54,135 bases of DNA. It comes from a virus. Lineage: Duplodnaviria > Caudoviricetes. The stretch is from IMG/VR virus record IMGVR_UViG_3300022602_000133, positions 1-54,135 of that record. One strand, written 5' to 3'. The notes beneath the pieces were generated by a model. The model was not told the DNA's origin. It made no database searches and was given only the letters and a program-made list of their open reading frames with translations. Both the position numbers and the translations under genes were made by a program. Shown one piece after another: positions 39,801 to 49,000 of this stretch. Each line of letters opens with the position of its first letter. Position 1 is the stretch's first letter.

Positions 39801-42800
39801 TACACCACCTGCGGTAGTAGTAAAACTGATAGGCATATTTGCATATATGCCAGATGTGCTAACTGCTGTAAATTGGTTTGTTCCACTACTGTTAGCTGTA
39901 ATACTAACTTGATATGTATATGCTACATAATTATTAGTTTCTTTTAAAACAAACTGTTTGTTCTTTTGTAATAAATCTCTTGAATTAGGATTTAAATATC
40001 CTTTTTCAACTTGTTGTGCTGCGTATCGAATACTTGCAAATGGTTTATCGATGCTAATACCATAAGAAGGGGCTGGGCTATCAACACCATTTGGACCAAC
40101 ATAAACTAAATTATTAATGTTACCCCAATATGACCATGTTGGATATCCGGTGCTACCGACACGTAATAGCTGTCCGTTAGTACCAGCAGCTAGTCTTGTT
40201 GGACCGTTAAGTCCATAATAGAACATATCGCCCGGCGATGTCATTACAGCTTGTTCAGCACCAGCTGTTAGCAAGTTCCAGTAAGTTGCTGTAGTGTCAG
40301 CGTCGGGTCTGTTGCCTGATGCTGATACGTGACCTAACACACAAACATAACTGTTTGCACCAAATAGTGCCACATCGCCTAAAACATAAGTTGTTCCAGT
40401 TTTCCAAGTAACAGCATAACCAGTAACTGTTACACCTGTAATTCTTCCAGAACTAACGCTAGTTACTGTAATAGCAATATCGTTAGCAGGAGTCAATCCA
40501 TTAACACTAGTTCCTGCAATTTTTAAGGTATCATTTACAGAATATCCTGATCCACCAGTGTGATTCAATGTTGAAGTTGCTGTAACTGTAGCATTGAATA
40601 ATGGAGTGCTAGGTGATGATGATGCAACAAATTGTGTACCATTAGTGATAGAACTAATAGTTGTTCCGCCGCTAAATGCGCCAGTTCCTGCTGTAACAGC
40701 TAATGTTAACCCAGCTACTAATCCAGTAGTACTTGGTACAGTGATAGTTGTACCTGAACTTGTAGCACCAGCTGAAATAGCTGCATCAAATAATGCTACG
40801 CTAGGTGCTAGTGATACTACAAATTGTGTACTGTTAGTTACCGATACAACTGTTGTGCTAGCTTGTAGTGTGCCTGTTCCGCTTGTTATAGCTAGACCAA
40901 GACCTGGTACTAATCCAGTAGTGCTAGCACAAGTAACAGTAGTACCTGAACTGGTAGCACCAGCTGTAAATGTTGCTGTTGCAAGCGCAACACTTGGTGC
41001 TTGTGACACTACAAATGTTGTGCTATTAGTAATTGATTGTACGGTTGTTCCAGCTGCAAATGTTCCAGTGCCTCCAGTTACGGTAAGACCTAAACCTACT
41101 ACTAGTCCTGCTGTGTTTCCAACAGTAACAGTAGTACCTACGCTTGATGCACCAGTAAATGTTTGTAAAGGAATTGTAACAGGACTTAATGTAAATTGTG
41201 CTGTAATAGTTGTTGCAGATAACGGTGTTGTTGGAGCAACGGCAACTGTAAATTGAGTCGAGTTTAAAATAGAAACAATAGTAGAGTTAGATGCAAACGC
41301 TCCAACTCCAGATGCTACTGTTACAGTCATTCCTACAGCCAAACTACTTGTGCTTGTAACTGTAACGATAGTTGCTGAACTGCTTCCATAAACAGTTACT
41401 GAATAAACGCTGTTTGATCTAACTACGTTAAATGCTGCACCAGTTCCTAAACTTGAAACTGCGGTAGCACTAACTGATGTGTATGTATCAGTCTGTGGCA
41501 ACCATTTTAAACCTGAATTTAACTGTGTCCAATATGTAGTATACGGTGGATTTGGCACCGTTGTAATGGTCATTGTTGAACCAGATCCTGCTGTTAAAGC
41601 AAATACAGTTCCGCCAGCAACAGTACTAATTGTAAAGTGAGTTGAATCTTGAATTGCTTTTACATAGTAAGTAGTATTATTTTGAATTCCACCTAATGGT
41701 GTTCCTGTAATTTTTACAGGAAGATTCAATGCTAAATTTGCTGTACTTGAAACTACAATAGCATTAGGAAATGATGGATCTGTACTTGCAACAGTAGTGC
41801 CTGATGAAAGAACTTGAACACTATTATCTGCTAATGCAAGATATGTATATGATCCTTGTCTTACAACATCGCCAACTTTGTATGAATTAGAGCTTGCATA
41901 ATCACCTCGGAAATTAAATCCAGTTGTGTACACAGACCAGTAAGTTGATCCAGATGCTGTTGGAACTTGAGTGGTTGAGTGGTTTTGAATACAAATGTAA
42001 GAATAACCACCGTAAGTTATAATGTCACCAATACTATATGTGGTTCCACCTACCCATGAACTTTCAAATCTCAATCCGTTGATGAATATAGCAAAACTTG
42101 TACCATCGAATGTGCTAGTTGAAATATGTGCTGTTTGGCATATCCATAGATCTCCGCCGTATTTAACAACGTCATTCACTGCATAGTGAGTAGAAGATCC
42201 GTTCCAGCTTCCTTGATATTTCAAACCAGCGTTAAAAGAAGTCCACTTTGATTGGTCATCTTCCAAATATACTTGAGATGTATGTGTAGTGTTACATACA
42301 TAGGTCTGGCCACCATATGATACTACATCATTGATAGTATATTTTGTTGTGCCAGTCCATGAACTACGCCAATTGAATGACGCTGAAAATAAATCCCATT
42401 TGGCTAAATCTTGTTCAAGACTACCAATTGTTGTAATTGTTCCGCCTGATATATAACTAAAAATTGTAGAGTTAGTATAGCTAACACTACTTGTAGTGCT
42501 AGAAGTTACAACCTGTACGCCGTTATACCCGCCTGGGTTAACACTTGCTACTGTAATAGTTTGACCAGCTGTAAAAGGTGACGATCCTTGAGTTGGAGAG
42601 AAAGTTAAGGTAGCAGTAGAACCAGTACCAGATGCTCCAGTTACAGTTAAATTATATACTGTGTTAGACGCAGATCTGTGAGCTGTATTACAAACATAAA
42701 CTAATCCACCATACTTAACTTGTGAGCCAGCTTCATAGTAGGTATTTGGTGCCCATGTTCCTTTCCAAGATATACCGTCTGCAACTAAATTCCATTTGGT

Positions 42801-42959
42801 CGAACTGTCTAATACAAACGCAGATGATGCAACGTGGTTTGATACACAAATATAACTTTTTCCACCATCACTAACAACGTCGTCGACGAGATATGAGTTA
42901 CCTGCTGTCCAGGCACCTTGCCAAACAAATTTAATTCTTCCTAACTTAAATTCAGCCAT
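30804..42959 (-). CDS. Giant multidomain virion fibre/spike protein (4051 aa)
   Basis: N-terminal W...Y..xDVV..GG..Y.C...H.S repeats (CBM5/12-like), pectin-lyase-like beta-helix motifs, helical RD repeats, AYGNG.FVA propeller-like repeats; paralogue of 43012..50739. Confidence 0.8.
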   Translation of the reverse strand: MAEFKLGRIKFVWQGAWTAGNSYLVDDVVSDGGKSYICVSNHVASSAFVLDSSTKWNLVADGISWKGTWAPNTYYEAGSQVKYGGLVYVCNTAHRSASNTVYNLTVTGASGTGSTATLTFSPTQGSSPFTAGQTITVASVNPGGYNGVQVVTSSTTSSVSYTNSTIFSYISGGTITTIGSLEQDLAKWDLFSASFNWRSSWTGTTKYTINDVVSYGGQTYVCNTTHTSQVYLEDDQSKWTSFNAGLKYQGSWNGSSTHYAVNDVVKYGGDLWICQTAHISTSTFDGTSFAIFINGLRFESSWVGGTTYSIGDIITYGGYSYICIQNHSTTQVPTASGSTYWSVYTTGFNFRGDYASSNSYKVGDVVRQGSYTYLALADNSVQVLSSGTTVASTDPSFPNAIVVSSTANLALNLPVKITGTPLGGIQNNTTYYVKAIQDSTHFTISTVAGGTVFALTAGSGSTMTITTVPNPPYTTYWTQLNSGLKWLPQTDTYTSVSATAVSSLGTGAAFNVVRSNSVYSVTVYGSSSATIVTVTSTSSLAVGMTVTVASGVGAFASNSTIVSILNSTQFTVAVAPTTPLSATTITAQFTLSPVTIPLQTFTGASSVGTTVTVGNTAGLVVGLGLTVTGGTGTFAAGTTVQSITNSTTFVVSQAPSVALATATFTAGATSSGTTVTCASTTGLVPGLGLAITSGTGTLQASTTVVSVTNSTQFVVSLAPSVALFDAAISAGATSSGTTITVPSTTGLVAGLTLAVTAGTGAFSGGTTISSITNGTQFVASSSPSTPLFNATVTATSTLNHTGGSGYSVNDTLKIAGTSVNGLTPANDIAITVTSVSSGRITGVTVTGYAVTWKTGTTYVLGDVALFGANSYVCVLGHVSASGNRPDADTTATYWNLLTAGAEQAVMTSPGDMFYYGLNGPTRLAAGTNGQLLRVGSTGYPTWSYWGNINNLVYVGPNGVDSPAPSYGISIDKPFASIRYAAQQVEKGYLNPNSRDLLQKNKQFVLKETNNYVAYTYQVSITANSSGTNQFTAVSTSGIYANMPISFTTTAGGVTVGTTYYVKTVVDSTHFTISATISNGVAGSIFALNGVGTTNSGSYVYSGSKTERDAGIVYDAIVYDLTHGGTVKTTAATKAYFVTGGATFATGVNAYDVIPFNASLNYLVTLVGNVLANTAPTNNYQSLNSASPTAVQIIDTTLTAESTAPTYVQNLVAILTTALTAGTANGVPVSITPSTTINVKTGTYNEILPISVPSYTAIVGDELRSTVVQPKVANKALATVIPKAQAALTRISGLIPNIVSNTVITPTTGNSQYLSVTGVTTSSGTVTLSFVTQTTTPFTVGQYITVNGFTSSASGYNGSYRVTASTASSVSYTNATTASSSGTPIVSGQNTNLPTGSTGSSTAVSNLKSSYDILYNLVANGLGSAPPPVMPQPTGFNTSSLTNVAYATTTGSNSTGDTTGYGYAVTQIQNNYAFLVADTLQYLINNYNSVWLADGTAGPTKGYRDIAYILDSVCYDLIYGGNTQSLTAGSSYYSLYALQILASEKAPFVLALNRLKTIITQVVQKQAVSYLSGNNIAQVQTGTAGSAAAGGFAQDRIQNVINWINNSGADATVNPYTGWASSDLQTAYSAVTGLTSNIASDATVWVQKYYQSVPLSTLLTTRDATLITNGLAYDMVFGSNFNAIQAGRAFNRANTSDITLRSGAELAPTLGAINFLYYKVKQIATSGAVVQIQENINDIIAYTAGGSPTVAPRVITWPQQGLPAATYTNVTGSSVTGGGDGTAAFTVTRTTNGNGWYTYGFTVTTPGTGYTTSSKIRILGTSVGGTTTTNDFVINVTQVSTGGVVAVTYSDAPATVGLLEANRPFLLAEVIAYINANYSSITTNPNYSASKTQRDMSYILDAVHYDMTYGGNWASQNAGMAYYSALYGTQITTGFTTAFLNAINYVSTLAQQVVVGTTVASPLQATVAQVLPTAASSVGSSRDAGRINTLLTWVLGFVGNGLTNGAPITTITTIASGTTFTVGAGSNTITNTNGTAVTITSASYVQGTPITTGASVTTTSGLAANTTYYVAATISGSTTVTLATSLTNAYLGVAITFTGGSTAISNGAVTVGSATHGLSAGDIVIPQTTSNGLTSNIVGSSPFYYVLSSGLTTTQFQLSASYNGTAISSFTNGTGLSIAVQTINMPYLGWVSTTALNAYTTVSASVATYQSLIVTYLSTNYAALTYNTTYAQRDTAVVTLASMLDMMLGSNYAAVQAGRAYNRTQDYQVLGYEKIATVATLKYLVTLINTTLASTTYSTVLSKAQTSAYLIINMLDIGSSQTVPEINGTVTYNNTLGIIKGAEQLRANIPFLAAEVVAYYNATYTGSVTNINNGTITTAANHNLSVNDPIQFTGTTAGGIALATTYYVLSVPSPTTFTIGTGEGYLNTNTGATYTAVSLTSLSTGTLSSFTGSSTAATWSTTGTALPAGTTVTISGTSTGNGTIGGSVPTSGTVYYIGGTITATGGSLYTSYANAIAGTSALTIVAGTGFGGLTFTYVSNPGLTVSYYYNTTQAISDTTYFLNAIVYDLQFTGNYQSLRNAQVLLNSVNGSQLSNMFLVRDSTGLRNMTMNGLSGVLTNANIYGTKRPTAGAYSSLDPGFGPNDSDKWIIGRSCYAQNCTMFGTACTGMKIDGAIHAGGNRSIVANDYTTVISDGIGVWCTGSNALTELVSVFNYYGYSGYLAELGGRIRATNGNSSYGTYGVIAEGVDSYETPLYANLNNRYNQALISQTITDGTNQILRLEYSNAGQNYTNTQFSINGSGINAAATADEFRDGGVFETRLIDLNDGNGYGGTNYVTFANASQGGTTGNITVAATDVTLSTGYPGMRMQLTAGTGVGQYGNILSYSNGSKSAAIIKNSFATLTVTATTFGQTMSVTSTSGNNITLSGVTTAPSVGQPVTFASATGNILTTATYYVLTATTSTITISQTPGGATFAVGTGSTNTATVYGVLTVSSTATLYNTMPIYLGTAVGGLSASPTMYYVQNQINSTTFTVSTTSGGTALSTAISTTTGQSVSLYAAGWDHVIPGSAITNTLDLTTTYIIEPLISYSGPGFASAARTLPSSTTWGYSAYGYGRFVAITTNGTNTAYSNDAITWTTAGTLATNTTYNDVIYGGGDSTVAVVTVGGLGGYGAVLTATLGVYNTTGAALADQVASVTVVSGGYGYTTPPVIVFTGTGSGAVATCTVLNGAIASVTITTPGSGYSAAPTVTAATDRVTGVAMTTWGKNYSTVPSITFGDPFTGTAWTASGTATSGNYYYYINTVPIPNVKNWYLATSSGTFNSNSPTFTSGTGSSGSYGVNLSYAGTTAIGAASLTNGGVSTISVSNSGAGYTATPTLTITDPAAGFVAISSGTTSTYLLASSSVSSAWSNGGTLPAIGGSGYTSLAYGSGYIVAVGGSGTNSCARTSNAGITWSGVTMPTPTGVYSSVAYGNGTFVAVCTTNSSSTAYSTSAGSSWTAGGNLPATGNWISVAYGNGRFVAMSQSGSIAYSLNLGVTWIQCPTSTGTANSVLSSSYTWTRIRYGQGVFLAITNGVPAATSPDGVTWTQQSLNSGASAGVIGHSFGNPNSTPVWAIMGSAAASNAAYDVRFGATPAGRMKVASGVVTEIRMIEPGSGFAKGSVTSASGTTITVATASGATMLANQPIEFQNCSAIGLTNNVTYYVVTPGSNSFSISTTSGGAALTLTAGTVTGGTFSCGPIATQTDPNKVKTAATRVRTSIGILANPSFSNRGTLNTTASTSTNGDGFCDIYQPSNFINVSGLFAAPTPGANVQFNSISGVWYKLVAVTNLLGTAGNQTATFQINPSLSVYNAPANGDLITTRLKYSQVRLTGHDFLYIGTGNFASTNYPYVNPNNAIQANQTNSSGGGRVFFTSTDQDGNFNVGNLFGVQQATGTATLNASAFNLSGLNSLTLGAVSLGVGSATITQFSTDPYFTANSDSVVPTQKAIKSYITAQIGGGASSLNVNTLTSGVIYIANNTISTTTGVQINVTAKMNFTGGIDGAPVAVMYFMQK
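40575..41385 (-). repeat. Four tandem repeats of about 64 aa (192 bp) in the giant fibre
   Basis: TVxxTxGLxxGxxxxVTxGTGxF...TT..SITNST.FVV..AP...L units; TACCTGAACT recurs about 192 nt apart near 40751 and 40942. Confidence 0.8.
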
Positions 42960-42979
42960 TTGTTTTTCCTTTTACATTT

Positions 42980-42986
42980 TATTTAT
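42980..42986 (-). promoter_or_regulatory. Late promoter-like ATAAATA
   Basis: Intergenic, 20 nt upstream of ATG 42959, followed by AAGGA RBS. Confidence 0.55.
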
Positions 42987-43011
42987 CTTAATCTGAATAT
43001 CCACTTTTTTC

Positions 43012-46000
43012 TTAACGATGCACACCGTTTTTTATGAAGAATTCCATGGCTATCATATTTCCGTCAATTCCGCCGTATTGTCCATTGATATTAACTTTAT
43101 TCAGCATCTGGACTGACGACCCAGCTACGCCCTGCGGGATAGTATTACTAATAAACGCTGGGCCGCCTGCGACAACTAGACCAGCTGTTAGTACAGAAGT
43201 AAATGTATTACTACCACCTTGACTTAGCTTGCTAGTTAAGAAAGTTTTAATTGCTTTCTGTGTTGGAACTACTGTATCCGAATTAGCTAAGAAAGTAGCG
43301 TCTGTACTGAATTGTTGAATAACAACGCTCGATCCACCAACCGCAATACCGCCCAACGTCAATTGATTTAATCCTGTTAAACCAAATTGGCTAGCACTTA
43401 AAGTGATAATACCAGTTGCTTGTTGAACACCAAATAAATTACCAACTTTAAAGTTACCGTCCTGGTCAGTTGATGTATAAAATACTCGACCATTGTTTGA
43501 TTCTACCGCTTGGTTTTGCGAAGCAAGCGTGTATCCGTTGATAGGTACTCCAGGATAGTTACTATTTGTTTGATTACCGTAACCTATGTTTAAGAAATCA
43601 TGGTTGGTCAAACGAACTTGACTATATTTGGTTCTAATTGTAATACTTGTATTGTTTGCTGGGCTTAGTGCTGTTATCATAGCTGGGCTAATTTGTACAT
43701 TTGCCTCGATACTAGGAGATACAGTACCAAACATTGCGGTACTACTAGTTACTTTATAAATCAAACTATTACCACTAATTGATAAGTTATCACCTGGACT
43801 AGGTAATCTCGTAAGATTATTAAGAATTAATGTATATCCTGTTTGATATGCATCTGCATAACCGTCTCCGCTAATAATAATACTTGTAGAATTTGTATTA
43901 TATCCCGAGCCTCTATTAATAAAAGTAGGACCGCTTAATGTTCCACTTGCAACACGAGGTGTAACTTGAGCTACTGTTGTTATGTTTGGATCTGTAAATA
44001 TTATAGTCGGTGTTGATGTATAGTTAGAACCAGTTTCCCACATACTAATGCTTGTAATTGTGCCACTAGTGATCACAGCACGGCCTCGAGCTGTACATCC
44101 TGCTTGAATCATTGATCCTGTACCGACTCCAGATACTGTAACGAATTTTCCAATATGATTTGTATCAAATCCAAAAGTCATAGCACCGTATGAATCTGAT
44201 GTTACAGATCGTTGTGTCCATAACAATCCATCTTCGCTAGTATAACCCGTTATACTACCTGAATTTACAGCAACAAATACTCCCTGTCCGTAACTTATCG
44301 AAGTCGCTGCAATAGAATATGGAGACTGATACCATGTAATTCCATCAAAACTATATGCTGGTTGAGCTGATGTACTAGAAACTGCAACGAATCTATTATT
44401 ACCAAATGCTATACTTGTCCAAGCTGCAGATGATGGCAATGTTACTGTGGTCCATGTTGTTCCAGTACTGTATGCGGCTAAAGTTCCTCCACTAGCTAGT
44501 ACAACAAATTTACCTGCTCCGTATGCCAATCCTGTCCATGCAGAACTAGAACCTAACGCTGGAAGATTTACAGCGTTCCATGTTAAACCAAAATTAGTTG
44601 AATATGCTCCAGATGCGTATGGTCCAGATGCTGTAGAACTTATAGCAACAAAATATCCATTACCGTAAGCTACAGCTGACCAAGTGCTAACAGATGGAAG
44701 AGTAGTTATTCTCCAGCTAACAGCGTTTGAATGAGAAACAAGTGCTGTTGAATTTCCTGTGCCGCCAGAAGAAATAATTACCCAGTAACTATTGCCGTAA
44801 GCAATTCCAGACCAAGTGGCAGATGTTGGTAATGATAAATTAGTCCAATTAATTCCGTCTGTTGATTGAGTTGCTACGGATGTGGCATTTGGGATACTTA
44901 TAAACAATCCATTACCATACGCTACACCCACATACAAATTACCAAGAGTTAAAGTTGATAACTGAGTTGCTGTTTGTGTAAATGTTGGAGAACTATAAGT
45001 TGTTCTAGGTTCTATGTAATACAAACTAGTTGAATCTAATGAATTTACAATAGGAGTACCAGGATTAATATGATCCCACCCAACCATGGCTAAATTCATT
45101 GATCCTGAATCTGTTGTATTTGCAAAATCAATAGAGCCGCCAGAAGATGCAGTGACAGTAAATGTGTTACTTCCAGAATTGATTGTTCTTATATAGTATG
45201 TTTGCGCTTGTGTTACACTACCAAATACACTAGTTGAATATGTACCGTTCATGTTTCCAGAACCGTATGTTAATGTTTTCTTTGGTCCAGTACTTGTAGC
45301 TATCATGCTACTACCGGTAGCATCTGATACTGCAAAGTCTGCATCAGCAGTTCTGCAAAGCATATCACCTGCACCTGTTTGTAGTGTAACAATATTTGGA
45401 GATCCTACAGGTGTTGAACTAATTGTAAATGTTCCGTTAACTCCTACAGTATTAATAGCAAGTACATAATACACAGTTTCAGTAGTCAATCCGCCAAAAG
45501 TTGTTCCTGAGAACGTAATAGGATTACCAACAATAAAACCTGTCGTAGTACTTGCTGTAATCAAGTTTGTTGTACCATCTGTTGCTGTTACTCTTACTTC
45601 AATAACATTGCTAGTAATTTTAAAATGATTACTATCAACAACGTTACTAATATAGTAAGTAGTTCCAGAAACCATTCCACCAAAAATTGTTCCACTAAAT
45701 TTAATAGGATTTAATGAAATTAAATTAGCTGTAGATGTTACTGTTAGTTGTTTTGAAGAAGCTACAGTTGTCGTAGGGCTTACTGTTACTAGTGTAGTAG
45801 ACAATGAAAAACTTGTAGCATTTATAACTCTGTTAACATAATATGTAGTACCAACTGAAACTCCTCCAATAGATGTTCCAGTAAACTGAATTGGCATATT
45901 AGGCAACATATTAGTTGTTGACCCAGTTAAGAAACTAGTATTAGATGGGAAGTTCACATACATAGAACCGCTACCTAAAGTAGATGTACCGGCTGTTAGG

Positions 46001-49000
46001 CCCCAAGCTGTTCCGCCCAATGATGCACTAATGGTAAATGTTGTAGAACTAGGAATAGATTTAATATAGAAATAATAACCTGCTGTTATATTTCCGTATA
46101 AATTTGATCCAGTGAATATTACAGACATGCCAACGGCCAATCTTGCTGTACTTGATACAGTAATCGTGTTATTAGTATTACCAGAAGTTGCTGTTACTTC
46201 AAGAATATCATTCCCAGTTGCTGTTACGCTTGTACTGTAGTAAGTTGGAATAAATTGCACTGGTTGATTAGTATACAATGTAGAAGTATTTTGATTACCA
46301 ATAATTGTAAATGTATTTGCAGGGCTAGTACTTGCAACTATATTCAACGGTGTAAAAGATTCTTTTAAAACATAAGCGTACTTGTTAACTGTAGTATAAG
46401 CAGAAATATAACCGTATTGGCCTGCTCCAGTACCACTGTTAATAAACACCCTTGTTCCTACATAATTGCTAGCGGTATTATTATCAGATTGAGCAAGAAT
46501 AACATAAGACGATGTTCCGCCTTGTGCATTATTGCTAGCTGTAATGTAGTTTGCACCGCCAGTAACACCGTTGCTATCAGTAGTAACTCTAGTTTCAAAT
46601 ATTGCATTAGATCTTGTTTCATCTCCTACTACTGAAGCTCCTGATCCAGAACCATTAATGAAATAATTTGCGTAAGCTGAGAATTGACTTGTTGCACTTG
46701 TTTGTAAGTAGAATGTAAGAGCTGAACTGACTTGCACTTGAGCACCAAACACATAAGTGTATGCACTAGTTCCAAATTGAGTTCTAGGATACAGTCTAAG
46801 TTGAACATTATTATTTTGAGCTGTAATGTCATAAGTTGTAAACCACAATCTATACCAACCATTAGTTAACACAACTTTTCCATAACTTGTAGGAACAGCA
46901 CCGCCGCTTGCGCTTGATGCGGTAACTATTCCTGTGTTAAAATTAAAATTTACTAAACTGTCTACAATGCTTGATCCGCTGTATCTAGCAAGTACATCAA
47001 TTGAAGGAGAAGTTCCTTGTTTTACATATACACTAAATGTATATGGAAGATTGCTTCCAGTAGGCACTACTCCAGAAACAGTTACAGATCCAACTCCAGT
47101 TCCACTAGCTAACGATGTTACAGTTATTGTAAGATCATTAACGCCGCTTACGCCGCCAAGCTGATTACCATAAATTAAAATTTGATTATTAATACTATAA
47201 CCACTACCAGCTGATCCAGGTGTGGTTATTACTGAATAACTTGAGCTACCAACAGTAACATTAAATGTTGCTCCAGATGCTCCAACACCACCTACAATAG
47301 TAGTTCCAGAAACACTTGCATAATATCCAGCTGCTGGTTGTATTGCAATATTTTGATAAACATAACTTCCGTCAGTTCCACTACTAGTTCCAGTCAATGT
47401 CCAACCGTCTGAATTGCCAAATGGCCCTAATAAGTTTTGTTGTAAAATTAAATTACCATCGTTTGTCCAACCTGAACCACTAAACAAGTTACTGTTTAAT
47501 AACATGTTTGTAGTATTAGTATAATAGGCGCCACCACCATTGCCATATTGCATCTTTAAAAGATTTGCACTAACACCAAATGAGCTTTGTACAGATGCTT
47601 GAACTTGTGAAGATTGGTTGAATACATTTCCCGAGATTGGAGTTTCTGTAAGGTCATACCCTTCAGATAATACTCCAAATGTACCGTACGAGCTGTTACC
47701 GTTAGTAGCACGAATGCGTCCGCCATTTTCGGCCAAATATCCTGAATAATTATAATAGGTAAACACACTAACACATTCTGTAAGAGCCGATATGCCAGTA
47801 CACCATACACCGACACCATCGCTTAATACTTGTGTGAAATCATTAGCAACGATTGATTTATTTCCGCCATTGTGTAATGTTCCGTCAATTTTTAATCCTA
47901 CACAACCAGAACCAAAGGTTGTTACGTTCTGTATATACGGGCTTCTTCGGAATATCCAAGCACTAGTGTCGTTTGGACCAGTACCTGGATCTAAACTTAC
48001 ATAGGCGCCACCTGTTGGACGTTGGGTAAGATATGCGTTAAAATCTGTTAAAAATCCTAGCAAACCAGTAGTTGACATATTTCTAATACCACTACCGTTT
48101 CTAACTAAGAACATATTTTTTAAACAATCGCCTGCATACACAGTCATACTTCCAGCGCCATCGGTAATCGAAGATAGCGTAGGTGTAAGACTACTTGTGC
48201 CAGATAATGTAATGTTTAATCCATTTATTCCAGCTACATAATAAGTTGTACCTCTTGTTAGGCCGCCAAGCATTGAAGCACTATAAAATTGAATTGGCAT
48301 TCCTACTACTAGGCCTGTCACGCTAGACAAAGTCATTGTTTGTGTTGCGGCCACACTTGCGGTAGCTGTAGTAATAATTCTAGTTGCAGGTTGAACTACT
48401 ACACCTCTTAATTCATCTCCGACTAGTGCTGTATTCTCTGGTACAGAGATTGGCAATATTTCAGAATAAGTTCCGGTCTTTATAAAAATATTTGCTGTTG
48501 TTCCTGAATTTGATGTAGGTATATTTGAAGTCGATTGATCAGTTAATGCTTGAATTACAATACCAATCAAGGTATCTACAGAAGACTGAGATCCAGTTTC
48601 TGCTGATCCTGAAATTGCACTAGTAACTTGAGATATAGGACTAGCAACTCCATTTACAACTTGATAAGAAGGAGATAATGGAGTTTTATTGATTACCGCA
48701 TCAAGTAATACTTTTAATCTTACAACAGCTGCTAAGAAATATGCTATTTCTGCGGTAACAGTAGATGTAACCAGTTGATTTGTAGATCCTGGAGCAAAGT
48801 ATGACAATGCCGCAGCTACTGTTTGGCTGTTGCCACCTCTTGTAATATCATAGATAATTGCATCTATTAAGTATCTTGTATCTCTTAATGTTTTTGTCTG
48901 GTCAAACACAGAACTAGAACTAAAAGGAAGAACGTTATTAGTAGATTGGTACACCATCCACTGATACACTTCTTGCGCCATAAATTCTTTATTAGCAAGT

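Noticed and set aside
34753-47715. 26-nt exact repeat (34753-34778 and 47690-47715) as a possible DGR template/variable pair or recombination site
   Set aside because: Encodes the conserved IRATNGNSS motif of two paralogues; no adenine-specific mismatch pattern noticed and no reverse transcriptase in the window
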